Under the pieces are notes generated by a model, which was not told the origin of the DNA, made no database searches, and worked only from the letters and a program-made list of their open reading frames with translations. The position numbers and the translations under genes are program-made. Source: a virus (taxonomy: Duplodnaviria > Caudoviricetes). From it: DNA of 25,427 bases. Numbering within the stretch: the first letter of the stretch is position 1; every line of letters starts with the position of its first letter. The stretch is from positions 1 to 25,427 of the IMG/VR virus record IMGVR_UViG_3300014775_000694. One strand, written 5' to 3'. Shown here piece by piece: positions 5,932 through 14,313 of the stretch.

Positions 5932-6210
5932 ATGGCAAAGATTAACTTTATCCCTACACGGGATTGGGTAGTTCTCCCACTAGTCAAGAAGGATAAGACT
6001 GACGGTGGAATTATTCTTACAGGTAGCGCAGAAAAGAACCTAAGAAGCAACGTATTAGAGGTAGTTGCTGCAGGCCCTACATGTGAGATGGTAAAAGAGG
6101 GTGATACCGTTATGATTCACCCCACAAGTGAAGGACTGATCATTGATCTAGATGAAGGTCAGTTCGTTATGGTTAACGAGTTTATGATTTGCGGAGTCAT
6201 CCCTAAATAA
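5932..6210 (+). CDS. groES: Co-chaperonin GroES (Cpn10)
   Basis: FIPTRDWVVL, KTDGGIIL mobile loop, VVAAGP, VKEGDTV. Confidence 0.9.
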   Translation: MAKINFIPTRDWVVLPLVKKDKTDGGIILTGSAEKNLRSNVLEVVAAGPTCEMVKEGDTVMIHPTSEGLIIDLDEGQFVMVNEFMICGVIPK

Positions 6211-6452
6211 TGAACGGAACAGTAACTATATCACTAGAAGATTTTAAAAAGCTTGAGAACGCTCAAGGTAATGCCACTAACTTAGAAGAGAGGTTGCTTC
6301 AGGCTGCAAAAGAGCTTGAAGTATTCCTCTCTTTTTTGTGCACTAGAGAGGACATTACTGCATACATAGAAGAGTTTAATAAACATTCTAAGCGTTCTAA
6401 GATTATTCTAGATGAAGGACGTGCTAAAATAAAAGTAAATGAAGAAGCTTAA
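6210..6452 (+). CDS. Hypothetical protein, 80 aa, helical
   Basis: ORF track; coupled to groES. Confidence 0.75.
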   Translation: MNGTVTISLEDFKKLENAQGNATNLEERLLQAAKELEVFLSFLCTREDITAYIEEFNKHSKRSKIILDEGRAKIKVNEEA

Positions 6453-6753
6453 GATCAACGCAGACACTACGCTTAAGTATCTTCAAGTATTTAACGGGAT
6501 ACTTGAACTAACCTACAGGGAGTTGCAAGTACTATCTAAACTCATTGATCTGGGGCAAACCAGAGACTTATGTTCTGTAACTAATAAGAAACTAGTTGCA
6601 GATGATATGGGGATTAAGGACTACAACACCCTAAACAACTACGTTAAACGCTTGAAGGACAAAGGCGCTATTAAAAAGACCGTAGATGGGTATGAACTAA
6701 ACCCCCTACTAGCTAAGCAAAACAGAGTAGTAATTGAAATTCATACCCCATGA
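6439..6753 (+). CDS. Winged helix-turn-helix DNA-binding protein
   Basis: LTYRELQVL...VADDMGI..YNTLNNYVKRLKDKGAI...YELNP. Confidence 0.75.
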   Translation: MKKLKINADTTLKYLQVFNGILELTYRELQVLSKLIDLGQTRDLCSVTNKKLVADDMGIKDYNTLNNYVKRLKDKGAIKKTVDGYELNPLLAKQNRVVIEIHTP

Positions 6754-7085
6754 ACAAACCATCATTCCTACAAATGGTGAGGAACTTTGCTGCAGAAGTT
6801 ACAGAGTATGCTAAGCAAGGAGCCCCCAACGTTACAGAAGCTGAGTACACAGAACGTGTGCAAGACTGCGATGCCTGCCCACATCTTGAAAGAGATCATA
6901 TGAGATGCGGACTGTGCGGGTGTTATGTAGAACACAAAGCTAAATGGCAAACATCTACCTGCCCAGATAACAGATGGAAGAAAATTGTAGTGGGGGAAAG
7001 AGGCAAAAAGATTAAACTGGATGGACGAGAAGACAATAATTCAGAGACTGTCAATGAAACACGATCTCCCGATTCAAAAGATTGA
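6750..7085 (+). CDS. Cys-rich Zn-binding protein (DUF6171-like)
   Basis: RxxxCxxC-x7-CGLCGC-x12-CPxxxW. Confidence 0.75.
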   Translation: MNKPSFLQMVRNFAAEVTEYAKQGAPNVTEAEYTERVQDCDACPHLERDHMRCGLCGCYVEHKAKWQTSTCPDNRWKKIVVGERGKKIKLDGREDNNSETVNETRSPDSKD

Positions 7086-7239
7086 GGAGATCGTCTTTTT
7101 TCAGTTCAAGTTTGTAGCTGAAGTTATGAGGAAAGGGGAGTTTGAATCTATCAGGCTCCCTTATCTAGGTAAATTTCACGTCAACCCACGAAGAGTAAAG
7201 CACTTAAATGAAAGATCTGCTAACAATTACGGAGAATAA
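7021..7239 (+). CDS. Short HU/IHF-like DNA-bending protein
   Basis: Two N-terminal helices, then GEFESIRLPYLGKFHV matching HU/IHF GexVxlxgfGtF; IHF homologues sit near TerL in crAss-like phages. Confidence 0.75.
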   Translation: MDEKTIIQRLSMKHDLPIQKIEEIVFFQFKFVAEVMRKGEFESIRLPYLGKFHVNPRRVKHLNERSANNYGE

Positions 7240-7705
7240 AGTAATCCCATCAGCGTATGCCCTATCTATTCCAGAGTTCAAGACGCTCAAGCCGAGTGAA
7301 TTGGCATTTGTATACTTTTTTACGGACCACGATTCCCCGTACGCCCCGTACGATGACGAAGAAAGGGTTGATAAGCTCGAAGAAGATCTCAAAGTAAAAG
7401 CTAACCCTAAGATTAAGGGAGCTATTGATAAATACAAAGAGCTATCTGAAACATCTGCAGTAAAACTACTTAAAGCTGCCCGTGCATCTGTAACTAAACT
7501 AGAGAAGTACTTTAGAACTGTAGACTTAACCATGCTGGATGATAACGGAAAACCCATATACCACGCTAAAGACCTGGTTAGTAACTTAGCAAACATGGGG
7601 AAGGTTGTTGCTAGCCTTGATGAGCTAGAAGAACTGGTGCAAAAACAGCAGCAAAAAGAGAACCCTAACCGTGGTGGGGTAGTGACTAACAAATACTCTC
7701 AATGA
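7208..7705 (+). CDS. Putative terminase small subunit / conserved crAss-like protein
   Basis: Immediately upstream of and ATGA-coupled to TerL; helical; ends NRGG. Confidence 0.55.
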   Translation: MKDLLTITENKVIPSAYALSIPEFKTLKPSELAFVYFFTDHDSPYAPYDDEERVDKLEEDLKVKANPKIKGAIDKYKELSETSAVKLLKAARASVTKLEKYFRTVDLTMLDDNGKPIYHAKDLVSNLANMGKVVASLDELEELVQKQQQKENPNRGGVVTNKYSQ

Positions 7706-9669
7706 AATTTAAGAATACTCACTTATTCTCACCTGCAGCTACCTCATACAAGAAGTATGGGTTCTATACAGATGCAATCCCTGGGACTAAAGAGTATTAT
7801 GAGTTCTGGGATGAAGAAAGTAGACGATGCCTAGAGGGATACGAGCTAGACGGGGTTAGAGTTACAGGATATCACTACTTCTACTTAAACTACTGCCCAA
7901 TTGACCGTGCAGTAGATGCATATCTCCCAGATGGGACTAAGATTGCGCAACGTGAGCGCACATTCCCAGCATTCTACGATGGGGATTACGACTATTTCCA
8001 TGTAATAGACAGATGTCGTAAAGAGAACAGACATTTAGCGGTATTAAAGGGTAGACGTAAGGGTTACTCCTACAAGTCAGGATCTATGATGGCTAGGAAC
8101 TACTTTCATGTACGTAACTCTAAGAACTTCGTATTTGCTGAGCAGAAAGAATACTTGATTGGGGACGGGATACTCTCAAAAGCCTGGGATTTTATCTCAT
8201 TCATAGACGATAATACTGCATGGACGCAACCACGCTTAATTGATAAAGAGATGCACAAGCAAGCTGGGTACAAAAAGCGTGTGAACGGGGCAGATGTAAG
8301 CTTAGGGATGAAATCTCAGATTATTGGGGTGTCCCTAAAAGATAATCCAGATAAGGTACGTGGTAAAGCAGGGGAGTTAATCTTCTTCGAAGAGGCTGGT
8401 TCATTTAACGGACTGCTTAAAGCATGGGAGGTAGCTATGCCTACAATGCGCCAAGGTTCTAAAACACTTGGGACTATGGTAGCATTTGGTACTGGGGGTG
8501 AAGAAGGGGTAGGATTTGAATCCTTAGAAGAGCTATTCTATCACCCTGATGCTTACGACTGTATAGGGTTTGAGAACGAATGGGATGCAGGGGCTATGGG
8601 GAGTAATTGCGGATACTTCGTCCCTATCTACCAAAACCTAGATGGGTTTATAGATGAAGACGGGAACTCTGATGTTCAGGGAGCTATTGCGTTCGAAGAA
8701 GAGCAGAGAGAAAAGAAGCGTAACGCCAATGACCCTAAAGCGCTAGACCAGTACATTGCGGAACACCCATTCTCCCCACAGGAAGCCACACTACAAGTAA
8801 CTGCTAACCTGTTCGATGTCAACTCTTTAAAAGAGCAGTACAACAAAGTAAAGGCTAACAACTTAGAAACTGAAGGAACTGCAGGGGTATTATATTACAC
8901 TAAAGAGAATGAAGTAGCCTTCCGCCCTAACCCAGACGTATACCCAGTATACAAATACCCGCACAGGAAAGGGGATAAGACTGATGGGGCTGTAGTTGTA
9001 TACGAATCCCCATTTAAGAATAAAGAGGGGGATGTCCCTCACAATCTGTACATTATTTGCCATGACCCTTATGCACAGTCTGGGCAAGGAGTAGGGGAAT
9101 CACTTGGGGCTGCATACGTAATTAAACGCCCAAACAACTTATCTAAGCCTGATGACATTATAGTAGCAAGTTATGTTGGGAGACCACAAACACAGGATGA
9201 GTACAACCGCAATCTATTTATGTTGGCGGACTACTACAACGCAAAGATCGGATTCGAGAACGACCGTGGTGAGCTCATTGCTTTCGCCAAAAGATATCGT
9301 AAGCTACATAAACTTCAAGAGGAGTTTGAAATGCTGGATAAACGAGAGCTGAGATCTAAAACTACTAGACGACAATACGGAATGCACATGACCCAGCAAC
9401 GTAAGCGCCAAGGAGAGCTGTATATACGTGACTGGTTAGTAAGCCCTAGAGGAGCAGATGAAGATGGGAATGTTACACTAAACATGCATAAGATCTACGA
9501 TCCAGCGCTATTACAGGAATTAATTAAGTTTAACCATAGAGGAAACTTTGACCGTGTTATGGCTCTAATGATAGGAATGTATCATACGCGAGAGTTATAT
9601 AATAGAGAGGTGGTGGAAATTACTACTGACAGGTCTCAAGATGACTGGTTTGATAAAAATTACAGATAA
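7702..9669 (+). CDS. terL: Terminase large subunit
   Basis: Walker A LKGRRKGYS, Walker B IFFEEAG, FGTGG coupling motif, nuclease HDPY and GNFDRVMA. Confidence 0.95.
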   Translation: MKFKNTHLFSPAATSYKKYGFYTDAIPGTKEYYEFWDEESRRCLEGYELDGVRVTGYHYFYLNYCPIDRAVDAYLPDGTKIAQRERTFPAFYDGDYDYFHVIDRCRKENRHLAVLKGRRKGYSYKSGSMMARNYFHVRNSKNFVFAEQKEYLIGDGILSKAWDFISFIDDNTAWTQPRLIDKEMHKQAGYKKRVNGADVSLGMKSQIIGVSLKDNPDKVRGKAGELIFFEEAGSFNGLLKAWEVAMPTMRQGSKTLGTMVAFGTGGEEGVGFESLEELFYHPDAYDCIGFENEWDAGAMGSNCGYFVPIYQNLDGFIDEDGNSDVQGAIAFEEEQREKKRNANDPKALDQYIAEHPFSPQEATLQVTANLFDVNSLKEQYNKVKANNLETEGTAGVLYYTKENEVAFRPNPDVYPVYKYPHRKGDKTDGAVVVYESPFKNKEGDVPHNLYIICHDPYAQSGQGVGESLGAAYVIKRPNNLSKPDDIIVASYVGRPQTQDEYNRNLFMLADYYNAKIGFENDRGELIAFAKRYRKLHKLQEEFEMLDKRELRSKTTRRQYGMHMTQQRKRQGELYIRDWLVSPRGADEDGNVTLNMHKIYDPALLQELIKFNHRGNFDRVMALMIGMYHTRELYNREVVEITTDRSQDDWFDKNYR

Positions 9670-9681
9670 TTTTGCAAGGAT

Positions 9682-11901
9682 ATGTACGGCTCCCATAAAA
9701 TTCCACAACAACGTCTTCCCTTATCTAAGAAAACTAAGAAATGGAGAGAAGAATGTGTAGACGCATTCATCAATCTATCTAAGTTCGGATTGTCTGAAAG
9801 ACGTAACTACCTAAAGACGTTATACGACTACTACAACGGTGAGATAGATGAGCAGGACTACAAGTACGTTCTTAAGCCGTACGGACGTACTAGAGAGAAC
9901 TTCCCATCTAAACTTAGAAACTACAACATCCTCAAGCCTATCATTGACCTACTGCTAGGGGAGAAATCTAAGCGCCCACTAAACTTCACAGTAGCCGTTA
10001 AGAATGGGGATGCCGTATCACTTAAAGAGCAAGCTAAGAAAGAAGCTTTAGTTGCTGCAATTCAAAAGATGTTTGTGCAGCAAATGGTTGCACAAAGTGA
10101 CCCTAATGCAGGAGCAGAAGCTCAAATGGATCCGCAGCTCCCTAAACAGATTATTGAACAGTTTGAAACTTCGTATGTAGATGATAGAGCCATTAAAGGG
10201 CAGCATGCTATTAACTACATTATACAGAATGAAGAAGTGTACGATAAGTTGCAAAAGCTGTTCTTCCACTTCTTAGTTGCAGGAGAATGCTACACTGAAA
10301 AGGGGGTACGACGTGGGGAGCCGTTCTACGACGTAATGAACCCACTGGATATTGACTTTGATAAAGATCCAGACATTGACTTTGTAGAGGATGGGGACTG
10401 GGCTATTATTAGAAAGTTTGCTCACGCATCTACAATCATTGACCAGTTTGGGGAGTTTCTAGAAGATGGACAAATCTTGGAACTAGAGAACCCACAGCAA
10501 ACTTCAGTAGACTCATACCTACTGTACAGAGCTGAAGCATCTGGGGCGGATGATAACATCTACCGCAACAGACTCATTGAGTGCGTAACTGTCTACTGGA
10601 AAAGTAGAAAGCGTATTGGGTTCGTATCATACATGGACCCAACTACAGGAACCATAGAAGAGTTTCAAGTAGAAGAAGGATATAGAATGCCTTCAGAACT
10701 AAAGGAACTCGGAGGTAAAATGGAATGGGAGTGGGTTAACGAAGTATGGAAAGGGACTAAGATTGATAACAGATTCTATGTAGATGTCAACCCTATCTCT
10801 AACCAAAGACTGTCTCTAGATAACCCATCTAGATGTAAGCTCCCAGTAAACGGTAGAAAGTACTCAGATATTAACTCTAACAATATCTCAATAGTTAGCC
10901 TAGGCATCCCGTACCAGCTCAACTATAATATCTACAAGTACCGCATGGAACTTGCGATCGCTCGATCTAAAGATATCATCGCCCAATTCGATATCAACAT
11001 GATCCCTAAGAAGTGGGACATGGATAAGTTCATGTATTATGTTGAGGGTACTGGGATTGCCTGGGTAGATTATAACAAAGAAGGGATTATGCTATCCCCA
11101 CAGCACCAGTCTGTACTTGATATGTCTATCAAAACGATTGGGCAGTACATTACCCTACTAGAATCTATTCAAGTAGAGTGGGAGAAAATCTCTGGGGTAA
11201 ATAGACAGCGCCAAGGATCTATTGGGAAGTATGAAGGTAAGGGCTCATCGCAGCAAGCAATCGTACAGTCATCTCATATTACTGAAGATATCTTCCGCAA
11301 GTTTGCAAACTTTGAGCAACGAGAACTGCAAGGGCTATTAGACTACTCTAAAGAAGCTTGGTTGACTGGGAAGAAAGGTATGTACGTAATGCCTGATACC
11401 ACAATGCAGTATGTAGACATCGACTCACTTCAGCATATGGAAAGTGAGTACGGTGTGTTCGTATCTGATGCAGGAGTAGACCTTGAAAAACTTAAGCAGG
11501 CTAAAGGCCTTGCACAGGCAATGGTTCAGAACGGGGTACCAGCATCTGAAGTATTGGAGATGTTTGATACGGACAACTTCGCAGGAATTAAGAACAAAAT
11601 TAAGAAAGCGGAGAAGGCTAGACAGGAGCTTGAACAAGCACAGCAACAGGCTCAGCAGCAAGCTCAACAACAAGCAGCTCAGATACAGCAAATGAAGATA
11701 CAGCAAGAGGCTCTTGATAAAGAGAAGGATAGACAGCTTGAGATTGAACTTGCACTCATCAATGCTGAGGCTAGGAATACAGATACTCAGGATAACATGA
11801 AGCTTCAGGATATGATGAAGAAGCATGAACTAAAAGAGCGAGAACTAGACATTAAAGAGCAAGAGCTAGCTCAGAAGATGAACCAAACCCAAGGTGAGTA
11901 A
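9682..11901 (+). CDS. Portal protein (crAss-like)
   Basis: Follows TerL; P.Q.LP..KKT.KW N-terminus, YDYYNG, SGVNRQRQG, Q-rich coiled-coil C-terminus. Confidence 0.9.
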   Translation: MYGSHKIPQQRLPLSKKTKKWREECVDAFINLSKFGLSERRNYLKTLYDYYNGEIDEQDYKYVLKPYGRTRENFPSKLRNYNILKPIIDLLLGEKSKRPLNFTVAVKNGDAVSLKEQAKKEALVAAIQKMFVQQMVAQSDPNAGAEAQMDPQLPKQIIEQFETSYVDDRAIKGQHAINYIIQNEEVYDKLQKLFFHFLVAGECYTEKGVRRGEPFYDVMNPLDIDFDKDPDIDFVEDGDWAIIRKFAHASTIIDQFGEFLEDGQILELENPQQTSVDSYLLYRAEASGADDNIYRNRLIECVTVYWKSRKRIGFVSYMDPTTGTIEEFQVEEGYRMPSELKELGGKMEWEWVNEVWKGTKIDNRFYVDVNPISNQRLSLDNPSRCKLPVNGRKYSDINSNNISIVSLGIPYQLNYNIYKYRMELAIARSKDIIAQFDINMIPKKWDMDKFMYYVEGTGIAWVDYNKEGIMLSPQHQSVLDMSIKTIGQYITLLESIQVEWEKISGVNRQRQGSIGKYEGKGSSQQAIVQSSHITEDIFRKFANFEQRELQGLLDYSKEAWLTGKKGMYVMPDTTMQYVDIDSLQHMESEYGVFVSDAGVDLEKLKQAKGLAQAMVQNGVPASEVLEMFDTDNFAGIKNKIKKAEKARQELEQAQQQAQQQAQQQAAQIQQMKIQQEALDKEKDRQLEIELALINAEARNTDTQDNMKLQDMMKKHELKERELDIKEQELAQKMNQTQGE

Positions 11902-12311
11902 TGGATTACTTTGATAAAGCTAAACAAGCAGCGCATAAAACATCAGTCCCAGACCTAGTATCTGAACTTCTTGATGCTGCAACTAAAACTCACTTCCTAC
12001 ACTTAAGTGTTAAAGGCCCAGGTTCATACGCACAACATAAAGCGCTTAACGAGTTGTACGATGCTCTCCCAGGTTTAGCAGATGCTATTGCTGAAAGCTG
12101 GCAAGGGGTAACTGGAGAGATACCAAAATACAAAGCAGTGCAGGCCCCAATGCTTAACTCTGTAAAAGAGTGCATTGACTACATAGAAAAGCTGCACAAT
12201 AAAATCACTAAGCTTCAGAAGACAATAGAGTACTCTGAGATTGTGAATGACTTAGATATGATTAAGACTCAACTTAACGCATCTAAGTATAAGCTGAAAT
12301 TCTTAGCCTAA
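11901..12311 (+). CDS. Ferritin/Dps-like four-helix-bundle protein
   Basis: HFLHLSVKGPGSYAQHKALNELYD...DAIAE resembles the Dps HWNVKGP..H...ELY...D.IAE motif. Confidence 0.8.
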   Translation: MDYFDKAKQAAHKTSVPDLVSELLDAATKTHFLHLSVKGPGSYAQHKALNELYDALPGLADAIAESWQGVTGEIPKYKAVQAPMLNSVKECIDYIEKLHNKITKLQKTIEYSEIVNDLDMIKTQLNASKYKLKFLA

Positions 12312-13132
12312 TGACTAACGCAGAGAGAAGAGAGTTACTAACCCAAACTAAACAAGCCCAATCTCAGGGCTTTCAGGGCTCTATACTCGATGTGTTACAA
12401 AATCCTAGGGTTATTCAAGAGTTTGCTGTACAACAACAACAGCAAATGCAGCAGCAAATGCAAGCTCAACCTAGAAACGTTGAAGTAGCTGCTACCCCAG
12501 AACAACAGCAACAAGGGCTTAGAGGAAGAACTCCTCAAAATGCTCCTGGTGCAATGGTTTTCCCAAACGTCCCTCCTAACACCCCATTTAATACAGTTGG
12601 TATGAAGTTTCCTATCAACATAGAAAAACGTGATGAGATGGGACATTTGGTGGAATCGCATCAGAACGTACCACCTGGGCTAGTAAACATTGGGACTGGT
12701 CCTAAGAAAGGAACAGTTATAGAGACCCGTGCGCAAAGACAGTATGGGGGAATGAGAACCGATGGGCCTAGAGTCCCAGCTATGTCTGATGCTGAGATGA
12801 GTTTAAAAATCATACAGGAAGCTAATGCAGGTAATCCTGCAGCTAGACGTATGAGAACGCATTATGGGCAAGAGATGTACTTACCAGGAGAAACTCGCCC
12901 GTCTACTCACTACATGGCAAGCTTTGATAAGTACGCTGTACCATTAGTGCAGGAAGAGTATATAGGAGGACCACTAACTTACAGTGAGAATCCACCCCCA
13001 AGCAGCTCAGATTTTAGGTTTAACACCCCAGAAGAGGCAGCATACTTTGGAAGCCACTATAAAGATGCTACAGCTGCCAAGGTATTTAAGAAGTACAAAA
13101 CAGGTGGGTACAGACGCCTCCCAAAATACTAA
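12311..13132 (+). CDS. Q/P-rich hypothetical protein, possible virion cargo/internal protein
   Basis: ORF track; RQYGG and KKYKTGG motifs; between portal and scaffold. Confidence 0.6.
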   Translation: MTNAERRELLTQTKQAQSQGFQGSILDVLQNPRVIQEFAVQQQQQMQQQMQAQPRNVEVAATPEQQQQGLRGRTPQNAPGAMVFPNVPPNTPFNTVGMKFPINIEKRDEMGHLVESHQNVPPGLVNIGTGPKKGTVIETRAQRQYGGMRTDGPRVPAMSDAEMSLKIIQEANAGNPAARRMRTHYGQEMYLPGETRPSTHYMASFDKYAVPLVQEEYIGGPLTYSENPPPSSSDFRFNTPEEAAYFGSHYKDATAAKVFKKYKTGGYRRLPKY

Positions 13133-13195
13133 GTGCTATATTTTAATTAGTGCTGTAAAAAATAATTTTATAAAAACAAACCCAAACACTTTAAA

Positions 13196-13203
13196 TATTT
13201 TTG
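13196..13203 (+). promoter_or_regulatory. TAnnTTTG box (TATTTTTG) before the scaffold gene
   Basis: Consensus match at the end of a 75-nt AT-rich gap, 4 nt before ATG. Confidence 0.45.
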
Positions 13204-13207
13204 CAAC

Positions 13208-14281
13208 ATGGCAACACCAGATGACAAATTAGATTTAGCCTCAATCTCCTTCGATGACATGATCGGAGATGGGTTGAGCTCTCTTCCAGATATCGAAGAT
13301 ACAGAAGAGATAGAAGAAGTCCAGGAGGATGAACTGGATGAAGTAGAAGATGTAGCAGAAGAGGTAGAGGAAGAAGAAGTAGAAGAAGAAGACATTAGCT
13401 ACGACGATGAAGGAGACGACGACCTATCAGTAGATGGGACAGTAGCCTCTGAGATTGCAAAGACTCTAGGGTTCGAACTAGAGAATGAGTATGCAGACAC
13501 TGTTGAAGGGTTAACAGAGTTTGCTAGAGACATTGCACATGAGATTGCAGAAGATCAGCTGGAAGCATTGTTTAAGCAATACCCAGAAGTTCAAAAGCAC
13601 CTCGACTATGTAATGGCTGGAGGGCAATCAGATAAGTTCTTTGAAGCATACAACCCTAACACTGACTTCAACAACTTCCAGTTGTCTGAAAAGGACCTAG
13701 GATCACAGAAGGCTATCCTAGCTCAATACTTTCAATTGAAAGGGCACGATAACGAGTTCATTCAAGAAATGATTGAGGACTACGAAGACTCTGGTAAGTT
13801 GTATGGGAAAGCAAATGCAGCTAAAGACGCTCTTGCACAAGCACAGGCTGAGTATCGTGAAAACATGCTCGTTGAACAGCAAAAAGAACAAGAACGTTTA
13901 GCAGAAGAGAACGCAAAGTTCTGGGATGGGGTAGCAGACATTATTGATTCGGGTAATGAGTTTGCAGGAGTAAGTATCCCAGATAGACAAAAAGGTCAGT
14001 TCTTTGATTACATCTCAGAGCCTGTAGGCCCTAACGGTGAAACCCAAAGAGACCTAGACTACGCAGAAGCAGAACTAGAAATTAAACTCGCTATCGACTA
14101 CTTAATGTACAGTGGGTTTAAACTAGACGAAATAATTAATACTAAAGCTAGAACTAAAAGTGCTCAAAACTTAAGAAACCGTATCCAGTCTAACGAGGAG
14201 CGAACTAAGAGCGCTAGAAAGGCTAGCCGACGTACGAAGGAATTTGATCCAGATGATCTGGACATGACCGCGCTTTTTTAA
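13208..14281 (+). CDS. Acidic capsid scaffolding/assembly protein
   Basis: D/E-rich N-terminus, coiled coil, directly upstream of MCP. Confidence 0.75.
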   Translation: MATPDDKLDLASISFDDMIGDGLSSLPDIEDTEEIEEVQEDELDEVEDVAEEVEEEEVEEEDISYDDEGDDDLSVDGTVASEIAKTLGFELENEYADTVEGLTEFARDIAHEIAEDQLEALFKQYPEVQKHLDYVMAGGQSDKFFEAYNPNTDFNNFQLSEKDLGSQKAILAQYFQLKGHDNEFIQEMIEDYEDSGKLYGKANAAKDALAQAQAEYRENMLVEQQKEQERLAEENAKFWDGVADIIDSGNEFAGVSIPDRQKGQFFDYISEPVGPNGETQRDLDYAEAELEIKLAIDYLMYSGFKLDEIINTKARTKSAQNLRNRIQSNEERTKSARKASRRTKEFDPDDLDMTALF

Positions 14282-14313
14282 CATAGGCAATTAACTTTTA
14301 AAATTAGAATATC

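Noticed and set aside
11630-12510. CAG/CAA repeat tracts as DNA repeat elements
   Set aside because: Explained by poly-Gln coding in the portal tail and the 273-aa protein
6768-13395. Antisense/alternate-frame ORFs in the track (e.g. 7204..7692, 11425..11826, 11483..11695, 12984..13232, 13168..13395)
   Set aside because: Shadows of well-supported plus-strand genes; low-complexity mirror translations
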